This document shows positions 1-11,072 of a DNA stretch of 56,962 nt, piece by piece (the stretch's first letter is position 1; every line of letters begins with the position of its first letter). The DNA is taken from positions 1 to 56,962 of the forward strand of contig JBGAUA010000006.1 of NCBI GenBank assembly GCA_044228875.1, written 5' to 3'. The notes beneath the pieces are model-generated. The model searched no databases. It was not told where the DNA came from and saw nothing but the letters and a program-made list of their open reading frames with translations. A program made the translations under genes and the position numbers. The stretch is from Anaerolineae bacterium (GTDB lineage: Bacteria; Chloroflexota; Anaerolineae; Epilineales; Epilineaceae).

Positions 1-50
1 TGGAAGGGTCGGAGGCTACGATCGGGGAGACCCTTGATGAAGCGTGGTGA
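1..50 (+). CDS. Antitoxin of the PemK/MazF module (3' end only, truncated by window start)
   Basis: Frame 3 reads EGSEATIGETLDEAW* (TGA 48-50). This acidic C-terminus overlaps the toxin start, as in addiction-module antitoxins. Confidence 0.6.
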   Translation, partial: EGSEATIGETLDEAW

Positions 51-360
51 GGTCTGGTGGGTGGATTTCGCCGGCGCACAGGGCGGCGAGATCCAGAAGC
101 GGCGGCCGGCGGTCATCCTCAGCAACGACCAGGCCAACCAACATCTCAACCGAGTCCAACTGGTTCCGCTCAGTTCGCGGGTGGAGCGCGTCTTCCCCAG
201 CGAGGCCTTGGTACAGCTGGATGGCCGCCCCTGCAAGGCCATGGCCGACCAATTGACCACAGCCAGGAAGACGCGTCTTCTCCGCCGGGCCGGCGAGCTG
301 CGAGCCGGCGACCTGGAAGCGGTAGAGCGGGCAGTGCGCTTGCAGCTGGGACTGAATTGA
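37..360 (+). CDS. Type II toxin, PemK/MazF family endoribonuclease
   Basis: MKRGEVWWV..GGEIQKRRPAVILSND..N..LNRVQLVPLSS..ADQLTT, the PemK/MazF signature. ATG at 37. Confidence 0.93.
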   Translation: MKRGEVWWVDFAGAQGGEIQKRRPAVILSNDQANQHLNRVQLVPLSSRVERVFPSEALVQLDGRPCKAMADQLTTARKTRLLRRAGELRAGDLEAVERAVRLQLGLN

Positions 361-392
361 CAGCGGACACCTCAGACCTCCCGCAAAAGACA

Positions 393-438
393 CCCCCTCT
401 CCCAGCCGTATTGGGAGAGGGGGCCGGGGGGTGAGGGC
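393..438. repeat. REP-like intergenic palindromic element
   Basis: Perfect 12-bp inverted repeat CCCCCTCTCCCA (393-404) / TGGGAGAGGGGG (412-423), followed by CCGGGGGGTGAGGG. It lies between convergent genes. Confidence 0.7.
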
Positions 439-443
439 GTCCC

Positions 444-3400
444 CTACCTACACGGCAAGCTCACCGCGATCCGCCGATAGATCGCCGCCAGATCCTCACC
501 CGTGGGAGCCAGGAAGGCGTAGCTGCCGTCGCGGGCCAGGGCGCGCAGGAAGGCGGTGTCGGCGTCGGCGCCCAGGCCCACCGTAAACACCGAGACATCC
601 GAGGCCCGAGCCAGGGCGGCGAGCTGCAAGGCCCGCGCCTCGGTGCCCTCGCTGGGGCGGCCATCGGTCAACAGCACCACCGCGCGGCGCGAGCCGTCGC
701 GGCCGCGCGATTCCAGCTCGCCCAAGGACTTCTCCAGGCCCAGGTCGATGCGCGTGCCGTTGCCCAGCACCAGTTGGTCCAGGCGGCGGCTGACGGCATC
801 GAAGTCCTGGGTGATCACGTACTCCCGCCGCGCCTGGCCGTCGAAGCTCACCAGGCCCACCCGGTCCGTGCGTGGCGCCATCTCGGTCAGCAGGCCGCGC
901 GCCGCGGCCACCGCGGCCGCCAGCTTGGTGCCCTGCATGGAAATGGAGCTGTCCAGGGCCAGCACCAGGTCAACCCCCGCCTGGCTCTTGACCAGACAGG
1001 CCTCCTTCAGGACCAGCGGCAGGTAGACCGTTCCCGGCACGGGAGGCGGCGTGGGCGAGGCCGGACCCAGCACCAGCACCTGGGGTACGGGGAAGTCAAA
1101 GCTGTAGCGCCGGCCGTCCGCCGTATAGCTGGCTGAGGCCAGACGGTTGGTGGGCAGGCGGCCCGCATGCAGCGGCGTCACCTTGAGGCTGAAGCGCAGC
1201 CCCCCCGCCGGCGCCACCGGCAACTGCCACGTCACCGAGCTGCTGTCCTGGGCGGCGGCAGGCGGCTGGATCGAGGCCGGGTCCAGGCGCACATCGGTGC
1301 TTGCCTCGTCGCGCACCGTCAGGTCAGTGGCAACCACCTCACCCACCGTTCCGCTGAGCTGGCTGTAGATGGCGTTCAGCTGGTCCGCCGATGGGGCGAA
1401 AAAGTAGCGCTCGGGCCCGCCGGCCATCGTCACGAGCAGCTCCGTGACCACGTCGTCGCCGAGGCCGACGACGTATACCAGCGCGCCCCGGCCCCGTGCG
1501 CGGGCCGCCGTGCGCAAGGCGTCGATATAGGGCTGGCCCTCGCGGGTGGGTTTGCCGTCCGTCATCAGGAGCAGAACCGGCATGGCCCCTGGCCGGCCGG
1601 CCTCCGCCAGGTGGTCCAGGGCCCGCTCCATGGCCGTGCCGATATCTGTGCTGCCGTCGGAGCGGATGCTGTCCAGGACGGCGCGCAAGGCCGCGCCGTC
1701 CCCGGTCAGGGGCTGGTCCAGCGACACCAGGTCTGAGAAGGAGACCAGGCCGGCGCGGTGGCGCGTGAGGTCCAGCTGGGAGACGAAGCGACTGGCCGCC
1801 GCCCGCGCCGCGTCCAGCTTGAGGCCGCTCATCGAACTGGAGCGGTCCAGCACCAGCATGATGTCCGCCTGCCGCTGCGTACCCGGCCGGCATTGGATGT
1901 CCAGGCCCAGCTCGATGGACACCGATTCCCCGAGGGTGACGATGTCCGGCGCGGCGCGCTTGCTGCCCGTCACCGTGCAGGGCGGCGTGGCCGGTGGGGT
2001 GGCCGTGGGCGGCGGGCCGCCCCCGGCCGGGTCGTAGACGAAGATGGACTCCGACGCCGCGTCGATGGCGTAGAGGCGCCCGCCGGCGCCGGCGGCGATG
2101 TCGCGCAACCTCACGTGGTCGCGGCCGGGCGCCGGGTCCGCCTGGATGAGGCCCAGCGGGGCGCCCGCGGCATTGAAGGCTGCGATCCGCCCGTCGGCCC
2201 GGAGGACATGGACGGTCCCGTCGGGTGCCACGGTGATGCGCTCGCCGCCCTGGTCGGGGGCGATCTCCCAGCCGCCGATGCGACGGCCCGTGGCGGCCTC
2301 GAAGCGGTGGACCAGGCGGTCGGCGCCGCCCACGCCCCAGAGCGAGCCGTCGGGTCCCCGGTCCAGGTCGTTCAACCAGCCGTAGGGCGCGTCGGCGGGG
2401 CGATGGGTCCGGATGGGGTCGCGCCGCGACGGATCCTGGTCGAAGACCGTCAGCTGGCGGCGCATGGCGTCGGTGGCGTAGACCGCGCCGCCGTCGGCGG
2501 CCAGGCCCAGGCCGCTCAGGCAGTCGCAGGCCTTGTCCCACACCCGTGCACCCGCGGCCGTCAGCTTGCGCAAGCCCACCGCGCCCTGCACTGGGGCCGA
2601 GGCCACATAGACCGTCCCGTCAGCCGCCACGGTCAGGTCTTCACCGCCGCCCAGGTCCAGCACAGCGTTCGGGCGGCCGTCGGCAGCCGCCAGGCGGCGG
2701 ACCGCGCCGAGACCCGCGTCGATGATCAGCACCGAGCCGTCCGGCGCCACATCCAGAGCGGCGGGCGACAGGAAGCTTGAATGGTCCAAGGGCCGGGCCA
2801 TGCTGGCGGCCAGCAGGCGGCCGCCGCCCAGATCAAGCTGCCGCAGGCCTTGGCGGCCGTCGGGGGATCCGCTGCCGCTGGTGATGGCCAGGCGCGAGCC
2901 GCCCACCGCCAGGCCACGTGCCGGGGCGAAGGACTCCCCGGCCGGCGGCAGGTCGGCTTGGCGGTCACCAGCGGCGCCGAAGACGGCGACGCGGTCGAGG
3001 ATCCCGCCGGCCACATCCGAGGGGTACAACACCAGCAGGCGACCCGTGGCGGCATCCGCGTCTACGGCGCGGGCCCCGTTCAAAGGCAGCACCCGGTCCA
3101 CCGGCAGCCCGCCGGCGCTGAAGACCTGCAGGCGGCCGTTGCCCGCGTCCACCACGGCGACGCGGCCGTCCGGCATGACCGCCAGGTCCTCCGGGTACTC
3201 CATCTGTCCCGTCGAGGAACCGGTGTCGCCCCAGCCGCCGAGCCAGGCGCCGCTGGGGCTGAAGCGGTCGATGAAGCCCCAGGGCAGCCGGCTGAGCACG
3301 TAGACCTCGCCGCTGCCGGGCGCCACCGCCACGGCATGCGGTGCGAAGCCGAAGTTGGGTCCGCCGGAGCGCCACTGCCCGACGGGGCTGCCGTTGAGAC

Positions 3401-3821
3401 GGAAGATGGCCACGCGGCGGTTGCCGCTGTCCACCACGTAGACGCGGTCGCGGCCCAGGTCAACGGCCAGATCCCGCGGGGCGCGCAACGCGGCGACCCC
3501 GTCGCCGCGCCCCCCGAAGCTGCTCAGGACCGTGCCAGAGGCATCGATGGTCACCACCCGGTCATGGCCCGTGTCGGCCACCAGGAAGCTGCCGCCGGCA
3601 CCGGCGGCCACGCCGCCGGGGTCCAACAGGCTCTCCGGCGCATGGCCGCCGCTCCAGACGGCGCTGCGCGACCAGGACTGGCCGCCCGATTGCGCACGCA
3701 GCGCTGTCGCGGGGCCTTCGGGGGCCGCGGCGAGCGTCAGGCCGAGAGCGGCGAGTAGGAGCGACAGGGCGCCGGGGCGCGGTGACGGAGGTGACAGGGC
3801 TTCGTGGGCAGGTGGCATCAT
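444..3821 (-). CDS. Secreted NHL-repeat beta-propeller / split Ig-like / double VWA protein (about 1125 aa)
   Basis: ATG 3821 with GAGGA upstream and a signal peptide (LSLLLAALGLTLAAA). NHL repeats (VADTGHDRV, VVDSGNRRV, VVDAGNGRLQ). Two MIDAS-complete VWA domains (DRSSSM..T..TDG; DSSISM..T..TDG), a PT-rich linker and the VYLPLVLK motif. Confidence 0.85.
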   Translation of the reverse strand: MMPPAHEALSPPSPRPGALSLLLAALGLTLAAAPEGPATALRAQSGGQSWSRSAVWSGGHAPESLLDPGGVAAGAGGSFLVADTGHDRVVTIDASGTVLSSFGGRGDGVAALRAPRDLAVDLGRDRVYVVDSGNRRVAIFRLNGSPVGQWRSGGPNFGFAPHAVAVAPGSGEVYVLSRLPWGFIDRFSPSGAWLGGWGDTGSSTGQMEYPEDLAVMPDGRVAVVDAGNGRLQVFSAGGLPVDRVLPLNGARAVDADAATGRLLVLYPSDVAGGILDRVAVFGAAGDRQADLPPAGESFAPARGLAVGGSRLAITSGSGSPDGRQGLRQLDLGGGRLLAASMARPLDHSSFLSPAALDVAPDGSVLIIDAGLGAVRRLAAADGRPNAVLDLGGGEDLTVAADGTVYVASAPVQGAVGLRKLTAAGARVWDKACDCLSGLGLAADGGAVYATDAMRRQLTVFDQDPSRRDPIRTHRPADAPYGWLNDLDRGPDGSLWGVGGADRLVHRFEAATGRRIGGWEIAPDQGGERITVAPDGTVHVLRADGRIAAFNAAGAPLGLIQADPAPGRDHVRLRDIAAGAGGRLYAIDAASESIFVYDPAGGGPPPTATPPATPPCTVTGSKRAAPDIVTLGESVSIELGLDIQCRPGTQRQADIMLVLDRSSSMSGLKLDAARAAASRFVSQLDLTRHRAGLVSFSDLVSLDQPLTGDGAALRAVLDSIRSDGSTDIGTAMERALDHLAEAGRPGAMPVLLLMTDGKPTREGQPYIDALRTAARARGRGALVYVVGLGDDVVTELLVTMAGGPERYFFAPSADQLNAIYSQLSGTVGEVVATDLTVRDEASTDVRLDPASIQPPAAAQDSSSVTWQLPVAPAGGLRFSLKVTPLHAGRLPTNRLASASYTADGRRYSFDFPVPQVLVLGPASPTPPPVPGTVYLPLVLKEACLVKSQAGVDLVLALDSSISMQGTKLAAAVAAARGLLTEMAPRTDRVGLVSFDGQARREYVITQDFDAVSRRLDQLVLGNGTRIDLGLEKSLGELESRGRDGSRRAVVLLTDGRPSEGTEARALQLAALARASDVSVFTVGLGADADTAFLRALARDGSYAFLAPTGEDLAAIYRRIAVSLPCR

Positions 3822-3883
3822 GGCTTCTGGTTCCTCGGGACAGGGGGCGTGGGACAAGGTAGAACGCTGTGGCGCGATGGGGG

Positions 3884-4258
3884 TTATTGACGATCCGGTC
3901 GCCGGCGCCGCAGGGTGGCCAGCGCTGCCAGAGCGCCCAGCCCGTCGATCACCACGTCCCGCGTCCGCCCTGTGCGCCCCGGCACGAAGGTCTGATGCCA
4001 TTCGTCGCTGGCCGCCCACAGCAGGCAGATGGCCAGGGCCTGCGCCTGGGCCGCCCCCGAGGGGCGCCCCTCGGGGGCCAGGGCCCGCAGCCAGAGCCGC
4101 AGGAGCACGGCATAGGCCAGGGCATGCAGGCTCTTCTTTACCATGAAGTCCATCCAACCAGCGCCCACCTGCGGGAGGTTCGGCCGGTCGCTGAAGGCGT
4201 AGATGAGGGCCATCCAGGCCAGGGGAGGCAGAGTACGGGCGGCCATCGGCGGCGTCAC
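3884..4258 (-). CDS. VanZ-family membrane protein
   Basis: WMALIYAFS..KSLHALAYAVL..ASDEWHQTFVPGRTG..DVVID. GTG start overlaps the upstream stop (GTGA). Confidence 0.88.
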   Translation of the reverse strand: MTPPMAARTLPPLAWMALIYAFSDRPNLPQVGAGWMDFMVKKSLHALAYAVLLRLWLRALAPEGRPSGAAQAQALAICLLWAASDEWHQTFVPGRTGRTRDVVIDGLGALAALATLRRRRPDRQ

Positions 4259-5480
4259 GGGCGTTCACCCGCGTACAGGTCCAGGACCGCCGGCGCCAGG
4301 AGCGACCAGCGAAAGTGCTCCCGCACCCGCGCCTGCGCCCCGGCCGCTAGGCGCGTCCGCAGGGCGGCATCGTCCAGCAGGTTGCTCACCGCCGCGGCGA
4401 AGGCCGCGGCGTCGCCCGGTGGGACCAGCCTGCCGCTCTGCCCGTCCACGATGACCTCCGCGCTCTGCCCCACGGCCGAGGCCACCACCGGCATGCCTGC
4501 CGCCAGCAGCTCCAGCAACTTGACGGAGGACTTGGTGCGGTTGACGAGGGTGTCGTCGAAGGGGTACAGGGCCAGGTCGGCGCTGGCCATGAGCGCGGCC
4601 AGCTGCGTCGGTTCCACCCAGCCGCGGTCGTCGATAGCGCCTTCCAGACCGCGCGCGGCGGCCAGACCCGGCAGACACCGCTCCTCCTGGAAGAGTCCCT
4701 GTCCGGCCACCAGCAGGCGCGTCTCGGGATGCCGCCGGCGAACGGCGGCCAGGACATCCAGCAGGAAGTCCAAGCCGAACTCGAAGAAGCGGGTGTAGAG
4801 GAGGAGGCTTGGGGATGGTGGCGGATCTGCGGCTTGCGGCCCCACGCTCTCGGCCTCCTCCTTCAAGGCTGCCGGGAGAGCCGGAGGCAAGGCGTCGTCG
4901 ATGGCGTTGGGCAGGTAGAGGACGCGGGTGGGCGGGACACCCAAGGACCAGGCGAGGGTTTCGAGAGCGCGGCTGGCCACGGTCACGGCGTCGGCGTGGC
5001 GTCCGAGGCCCGCGCGCTCCTGCCAGGCGAAGAAGCGCCGCTGCCAGGCGGGGTAGGGTTCGAGGTCGTTCCAGCCGCCGGCGCCTTCCCAATCGTCGGT
5101 GTCCAGGACGAGGCGCGGTGCGGTGCGTCCGGCAAGGCGGCGCCGGAGGCGCAGCAGGAAAAGGGCCAGATGGCTGTACGCCTTGGGCTTGAAGGCATGG
5201 ACGACGTCGGGCCCTAGAGCCAAGGCAAGGCGGGCCATGCGGACGGCGACCAGCAGGTGGCCGATGCCCGGCAGGCCCAGGCCACTGAGGGAGACGTTGA
5301 CCAGGCGCAGGCCTGGCACCTCGTCCTCCCAGGACCGATTGGCCTCCTCGGGCCGCTGCCAGGGCGGCATGATGACGGTGACCTCGTGCCCCAAGCGCGA
5401 CAGGGCGCGCGCAAGGGGCAGGGCCCTTGCGCGCATGGTGCCCTTGGGCGCGAGGCCGAAAGGCCCCAGGAAGACCAGCC

Positions 5481-5484
<4 letters not shown>
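4255..5484 (-). CDS. Glycosyltransferase family 4
   Basis: Starts MRLVFLG at ATG 5484, ATGA overlap with the glmS stop. GHEVTVI, KLLELLAAGMPVVASAVGQSAEVIVDGQSGRLV. Confidence 0.9.
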
Positions 5485-7331
<1,847 letters not shown>

Positions 7332-7468
7332 GGATCCCTCTCCAGTTCGTTGGCGCCGCGGACCACCGACTGTCGGCCGGCACGGCGTGGCTGGGGGCCG
7401 CCCCGCCAGACCCGTGGACGACAGGCGCCACGCGCCGCGTCGCCCCATCGATCGGGGACGGCCTTGAA

Positions 7469-7772
7469 CTGGCACCGCCGGCCTCTTGTCCCAACGGTCA
7501 CCCGCTGGTTTTGCGGTCGGCTCTGGTCTGCGCCAAGGCATCGCGCAGGGTTGGAGAGGGTCGTACCAGGGGCCGTGCCAGGCCCCGGAGGCATCCACCG
7601 ATCGATCGATCTTCACGGCGCTTGCGCCGCTTGGCCCGGAGCGTCCGGGAACCTCCACCTCGTCACCTCCCCCGCTCCGCCGACGGCCGCCACCCGCCGG
7701 AAAGATGTCGCGCCGTCTCAGGGGGGCGAGACCCCCGAAGCCGGGCGCGGCGCGCTGGGGAGACCTGGTGCT
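7469..7772 (-). ncRNA. glmS ribozyme (GlcN6P-activated self-cleaving riboswitch), expanded variant
   Basis: Minus strand, upstream of glmS: AGCACCAGGUCU, P1 (UCUCCCC/GGGGAGG), GACGAGGUGGAGGU..AUCGA..UCGGUGGAUGCCUCC, P3 GGGGCC-UGGCAC-GGCCCC with 3' GUGCCA pseudoknot partner, and P4 AAAA-CCAGCGG-GUGA-CCGUUGG-GACAA. Confidence 0.9.
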
Positions 7773-7915
7773 CGTCTGCCCTCTGTCAGGATGTGATGTG
7801 GATCGCTGGGCGGCTCCTTGGCGGCGCCGACGCATGGGCCAGTCCCTCGGCCCGGAAGAAGGAGATGATAGGGGGCGAGAACAGGGGCGGCAAGCGCTTC
7901 GCTTTGAACAGCGCG

Positions 7916-7921
7916 AGTATA
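7916..7921 (-). promoter_or_regulatory. Putative sigma70 -10 (TATACT) for the glmS leader
   Basis: TATACT on the minus strand about 145 nt upstream of the ribozyme cleavage site. No clear -35. Confidence 0.4.
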
Positions 7922-8014
7922 GCCTGCCTGCGCCAGCATTGAGTGTCCGTCATGGACGTTGCGGGTCGACAAGGGCGTGGGGCCGCCAGATCGGGACCAA
8001 GGCGCCGCGCCGCT

Positions 8015-9541
8015 TCAGCGCCCGGAAAGGATCCAACTCGGCCCGGACGCTGCCAGCCGCAACAGCGGCACCTCGCCTCCACCGACCAGGTCCTCCAGCC
8101 ACAGTCCCGTCTCGTCCGCGCGTGCCGCAAGCGTTCCGCCGGGAGCGATGGCCCAGTCGCCGGCGGCAGTGACGGAGCGCGCCAGGGGGCGGATACGCGG
8201 CGCGCCATCCGCCCCGTTGCCCGCCCGCAGGTCGATGGCGAGCAGACGGCGACCACCGGGATCCGCGGCGGCGGTCAACACCAGCAGCCGGCCGTCGGGC
8301 CGGGCGAAGACGGTCTGGGGGCGGCTCTCAGGCGGCAGCAGCCGATCCACCTGCAGGGGATCGTCCAAGGTAAGCAGCTGCAGGCCGGCGCCCGCCAGCC
8401 ATAGCGCGGGGCGGTCCGGCAGCCAGCCGACCGCTGCGGGGATCGGCAACGGCAGGTTCAGGATCCGCGGCGGGTCGACGCTCAAGTCCATGGCCAGCAG
8501 ATGGTCCTCGTCCGGCCTCTGCGCCGCATCGGGTTCATCCGCATCATCCGCGCGAGCCGGGCCGCGGGCCAGCAGCCAGCGCCCGTCGGCCGACCAACCG
8601 AGGGGCAGACCGCGGATGCCCATGTCCCGTGGCCGGCTGTCTCCCAGGCCCAGCAGGCGCAGCCGGCCGTCGGAATAGGCCAGGCGGCGGCCGTCGCGGG
8701 ACCAGACCAGGGCCTGGGCGGGCTGGGGGTCGACGATGGCGCTGCCGCCGCCCGGCAGGCGCAGGTGCAGGCCGCGTTGGCTGCTGAAGGCCACGGCTCC
8801 GGTAGCGCCCGCCGCGTACGTGATAACCCCCAGGTCCGGCGGGCTGAGCAGCTCCATGGGGCGGCCCGAACCCGGCAGGCGCCACAGCCCCGTGGGGCTG
8901 TCGGCCAGGAAGTAGAGATCGGCGGGCAGGATGCGCGGTGCCGCGGTGGCGGCGAACCGCCCGGCCCGGCCCGGTGCTGCGGGCGTTTCCTGGGGACGGA
9001 AGGCGGCCAGGGTGCCGGCGACGGAGGTAACGGCGCGTGGCGGCGTGGCCCGCGGCGCGGCGGTAGCCAGGATGATGGTCGGCCCGTCCTGGGCCACGTC
9101 AGGCCCGGGGGTGGGGGTAGGCCCCTGGACCAGCACCTGCACGGTGTTGCTGGGCGGCAGGTCCACGGCGAGCAGCCGGACATGGGCCTCGAAGGCGCGA
9201 GCTGCTTCGTAGCGGTGATCCAGTGTGAACACCCTGGCGGTCCGCCCTTCCACGCAGCCCTCGGCCGGCGCGATCACCACCTGGCCGTCGTCGCGGCTGT
9301 CGAGCACCCAGGCCACCGTGGGGCAGTCGAAGTTCGCGGCCTCGGGCGGCAACTCTCCAAGCAACCGCGCCGTGAACCGCACCTTTAGCGGCGCCGTTCC
9401 GCGCAACGGCTCGGCGCTGAGCTCCAGCCGCAGGGCGCCGGACGGGGCACCGGCATCCGGCGCAAGATCCGCGGACAAGTCCACCGGCTGGCAAGCGGCC
9501 AGAACGATGGCTGGAAGGAGGAGCCAGAACTGAACGCGCAT
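8015..9541 (-). CDS. Putative lipoprotein with PKD-like domain and TolB-like beta-propeller
   Basis: Lipobox LAAC, GTAPLKVRF PKD-like motif, PT linker, WSRDGRRLAY and WSADGRWLL repeats. Confidence 0.7.
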   Translation of the reverse strand: MRVQFWLLLPAIVLAACQPVDLSADLAPDAGAPSGALRLELSAEPLRGTAPLKVRFTARLLGELPPEAANFDCPTVAWVLDSRDDGQVVIAPAEGCVEGRTARVFTLDHRYEAARAFEAHVRLLAVDLPPSNTVQVLVQGPTPTPGPDVAQDGPTIILATAAPRATPPRAVTSVAGTLAAFRPQETPAAPGRAGRFAATAAPRILPADLYFLADSPTGLWRLPGSGRPMELLSPPDLGVITYAAGATGAVAFSSQRGLHLRLPGGGSAIVDPQPAQALVWSRDGRRLAYSDGRLRLLGLGDSRPRDMGIRGLPLGWSADGRWLLARGPARADDADEPDAAQRPDEDHLLAMDLSVDPPRILNLPLPIPAAVGWLPDRPALWLAGAGLQLLTLDDPLQVDRLLPPESRPQTVFARPDGRLLVLTAAADPGGRRLLAIDLRAGNGADGAPRIRPLARSVTAAGDWAIAPGGTLAARADETGLWLEDLVGGGEVPLLRLAASGPSWILSGR

Positions 9542-9555
9542 GAGCTAACGATAGC

Positions 9556-10005
9556 TCAGGCAGCCCCCCACACGGCGATCTCCTCCACGGAGATCAGCGG
9601 CCCCTGACCGATGCCCGGGCAGCGCAAAGCCTCCCACTCCCAGGTGGCGGCGTCGGTGAGCAGCTCCGGCCAGAAGGGGTAGCGGCGGCATTGCGCCGGT
9701 CGCGCCTCATAGACCCGGCAGCGCAGATCCTCGCCCAGAAAGGGACAGGCGCCGTCGGGCCCGTCGACCAGACGCAAGGCGCCGCGAACGTTGACCATCC
9801 AGCGGCGGCGGAAGGCGGCCTGCCCCATCGCCAGGGCCGCGGCCATCGCCCGTGCTTCCGCCCGATCCAGACGCACCTGCCCGGGCCGGCTGCAGCAGGC
9901 GCCGCAATCGGGCTGGCAGGCGAAGCGAAGGCCGGCGGCGGTGAAGGTCGGCGGGCGGCGCTGGGGAGCGGGAGCTGGCGGCTTGAGAGGGAAGGGAGCT
10001 GGCAT
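9556..10005 (-). CDS. YkgJ-family cysteine-cluster (CxxCxxCC) protein
   Basis: FACQPDCGACC..CPFL..CRVY..RPAQCRRYPFW. ATG 10005 lies 6 nt after TATCAT; alternative start 10074. Confidence 0.85.
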   Translation of the reverse strand: MPAPFPLKPPAPAPQRRPPTFTAAGLRFACQPDCGACCSRPGQVRLDRAEARAMAAALAMGQAAFRRRWMVNVRGALRLVDGPDGACPFLGEDLRCRVYEARPAQCRRYPFWPELLTDAATWEWEALRCPGIGQGPLISVEEIAVWGAA

Positions 10006-10138
10006 GGGGAGATGATAGGCCGTGCGGGCAAGGATCCGCTGGGTCAGGCGATCGAGGAGCGCCTGTGCATGCATCCCCCAATGGTCGCTGCAACCGATTG
10101 ATGGTCAGTTGCCGGCGAAGTCGGCCCGTCTCGGCCCC

Positions 10139-10975
10139 TCACCGCTCTGCCAGGAACCGCTCCACGGCCGTCATCACCCCGATCCGTCCCGCCAGGCAGT
10201 CGGCCTCGTAGTCGATCAGCCAGTGGTTGATCAGCGAGCGTGCGGTCTGTAGCTCGCGGAGCATCAGCCAGGTCAGGGGGCCGGCCTCATCCAGGAATCC
10301 GGTGTTCGCGAAGGATGCTTCGGCCGCGGCGCGGTCATAGTCCAGGCGGCGGATGTCCACCTGCCAGCCGCCGGCCCGCCAGGCGCAGCGCGCATAGGCG
10401 GCGCGAGGATCGCCATCGAAAGGCAGTCCTACAGAACCGGGATTGACGACGAGGGTGTCATCCACGCGCCGGAGGAGTGGCCGATGGGTATGCCCCGCGG
10501 CGAAGAGCCCCGGAGCCGGCCGGCCGACCCGCGCGCGGATGGTCTCGTCGCTGCTGTCCGGGTAGATCCCCTGGCGGGTGCCGAGCATGGAGGCATGGGT
10601 CACGCGCACCTCGCCGCCGTCGGGGGCGCCCAGGCTCAGGGCGAATGGCAGTTCGGCAAGCGCCGCCGCGGGCAGGCCCAGGCGGTGGTAGGTCCACAGG
10701 GAGCTCTGGGAGATGGAAAACTCGGGCGCCTCGGGCGCCAACGCCACCTGCTCCCGGCTTGCCACGTACTCCTCGTGGTTGCCCCGCAGCAGCCGCCAGC
10801 CCTCGCCCTCGGCCAGTGCCGTCAGCAGCGCCCAGCATTCCGCTGGACAGGGCCCGCGGTTGATCGCGTCGCCGGCGAAGACCACCGCATCCGGGCGCCA
10901 GGTGCGGATGTCCTCCAGGACCGCCTCGAAGGCCGGCAGGTTGGCGTGGATGTCGGAGAGGACGGCCAGCTTCAT
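10139..10975 (-). CDS. Metallophosphoesterase (calcineurin-like)
   Basis: MKLAVLSDIHAN, GD, GNHE, THA, GHTH, NPGSVG. Confidence 0.92.
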   Translation of the reverse strand: MKLAVLSDIHANLPAFEAVLEDIRTWRPDAVVFAGDAINRGPCPAECWALLTALAEGEGWRLLRGNHEEYVASREQVALAPEAPEFSISQSSLWTYHRLGLPAAALAELPFALSLGAPDGGEVRVTHASMLGTRQGIYPDSSDETIRARVGRPAPGLFAAGHTHRPLLRRVDDTLVVNPGSVGLPFDGDPRAAYARCAWRAGGWQVDIRRLDYDRAAAEASFANTGFLDEAGPLTWLMLRELQTARSLINHWLIDYEADCLAGRIGVMTAVERFLAER

Positions 10976-11072
10976 GGTAGGGCGCCTGGGGATGGGGCTG
11001 GGGCGATCGGCGCGGCGCAGTGGCCGGGCGGCCGTGGGTCGGTCCTTGCGGTCGCGAGGATGACTGCCGCCG

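Noticed and set aside
3884-4258. Glycopeptide resistance locus
   Set aside because: Only a generic VanZ-family gene. No vanHAX or vanRS.
3822-4268. N-terminal extension of the 444-4268 ORF
   Set aside because: Overlaps vanZ in another frame. RBS and signal peptide support the start at 3821.
7332-7835. 168-aa N-terminal extension of GlmS
   Set aside because: GlmS needs the N-terminal Cys of MCGIVG. This region is the ribozyme leader.
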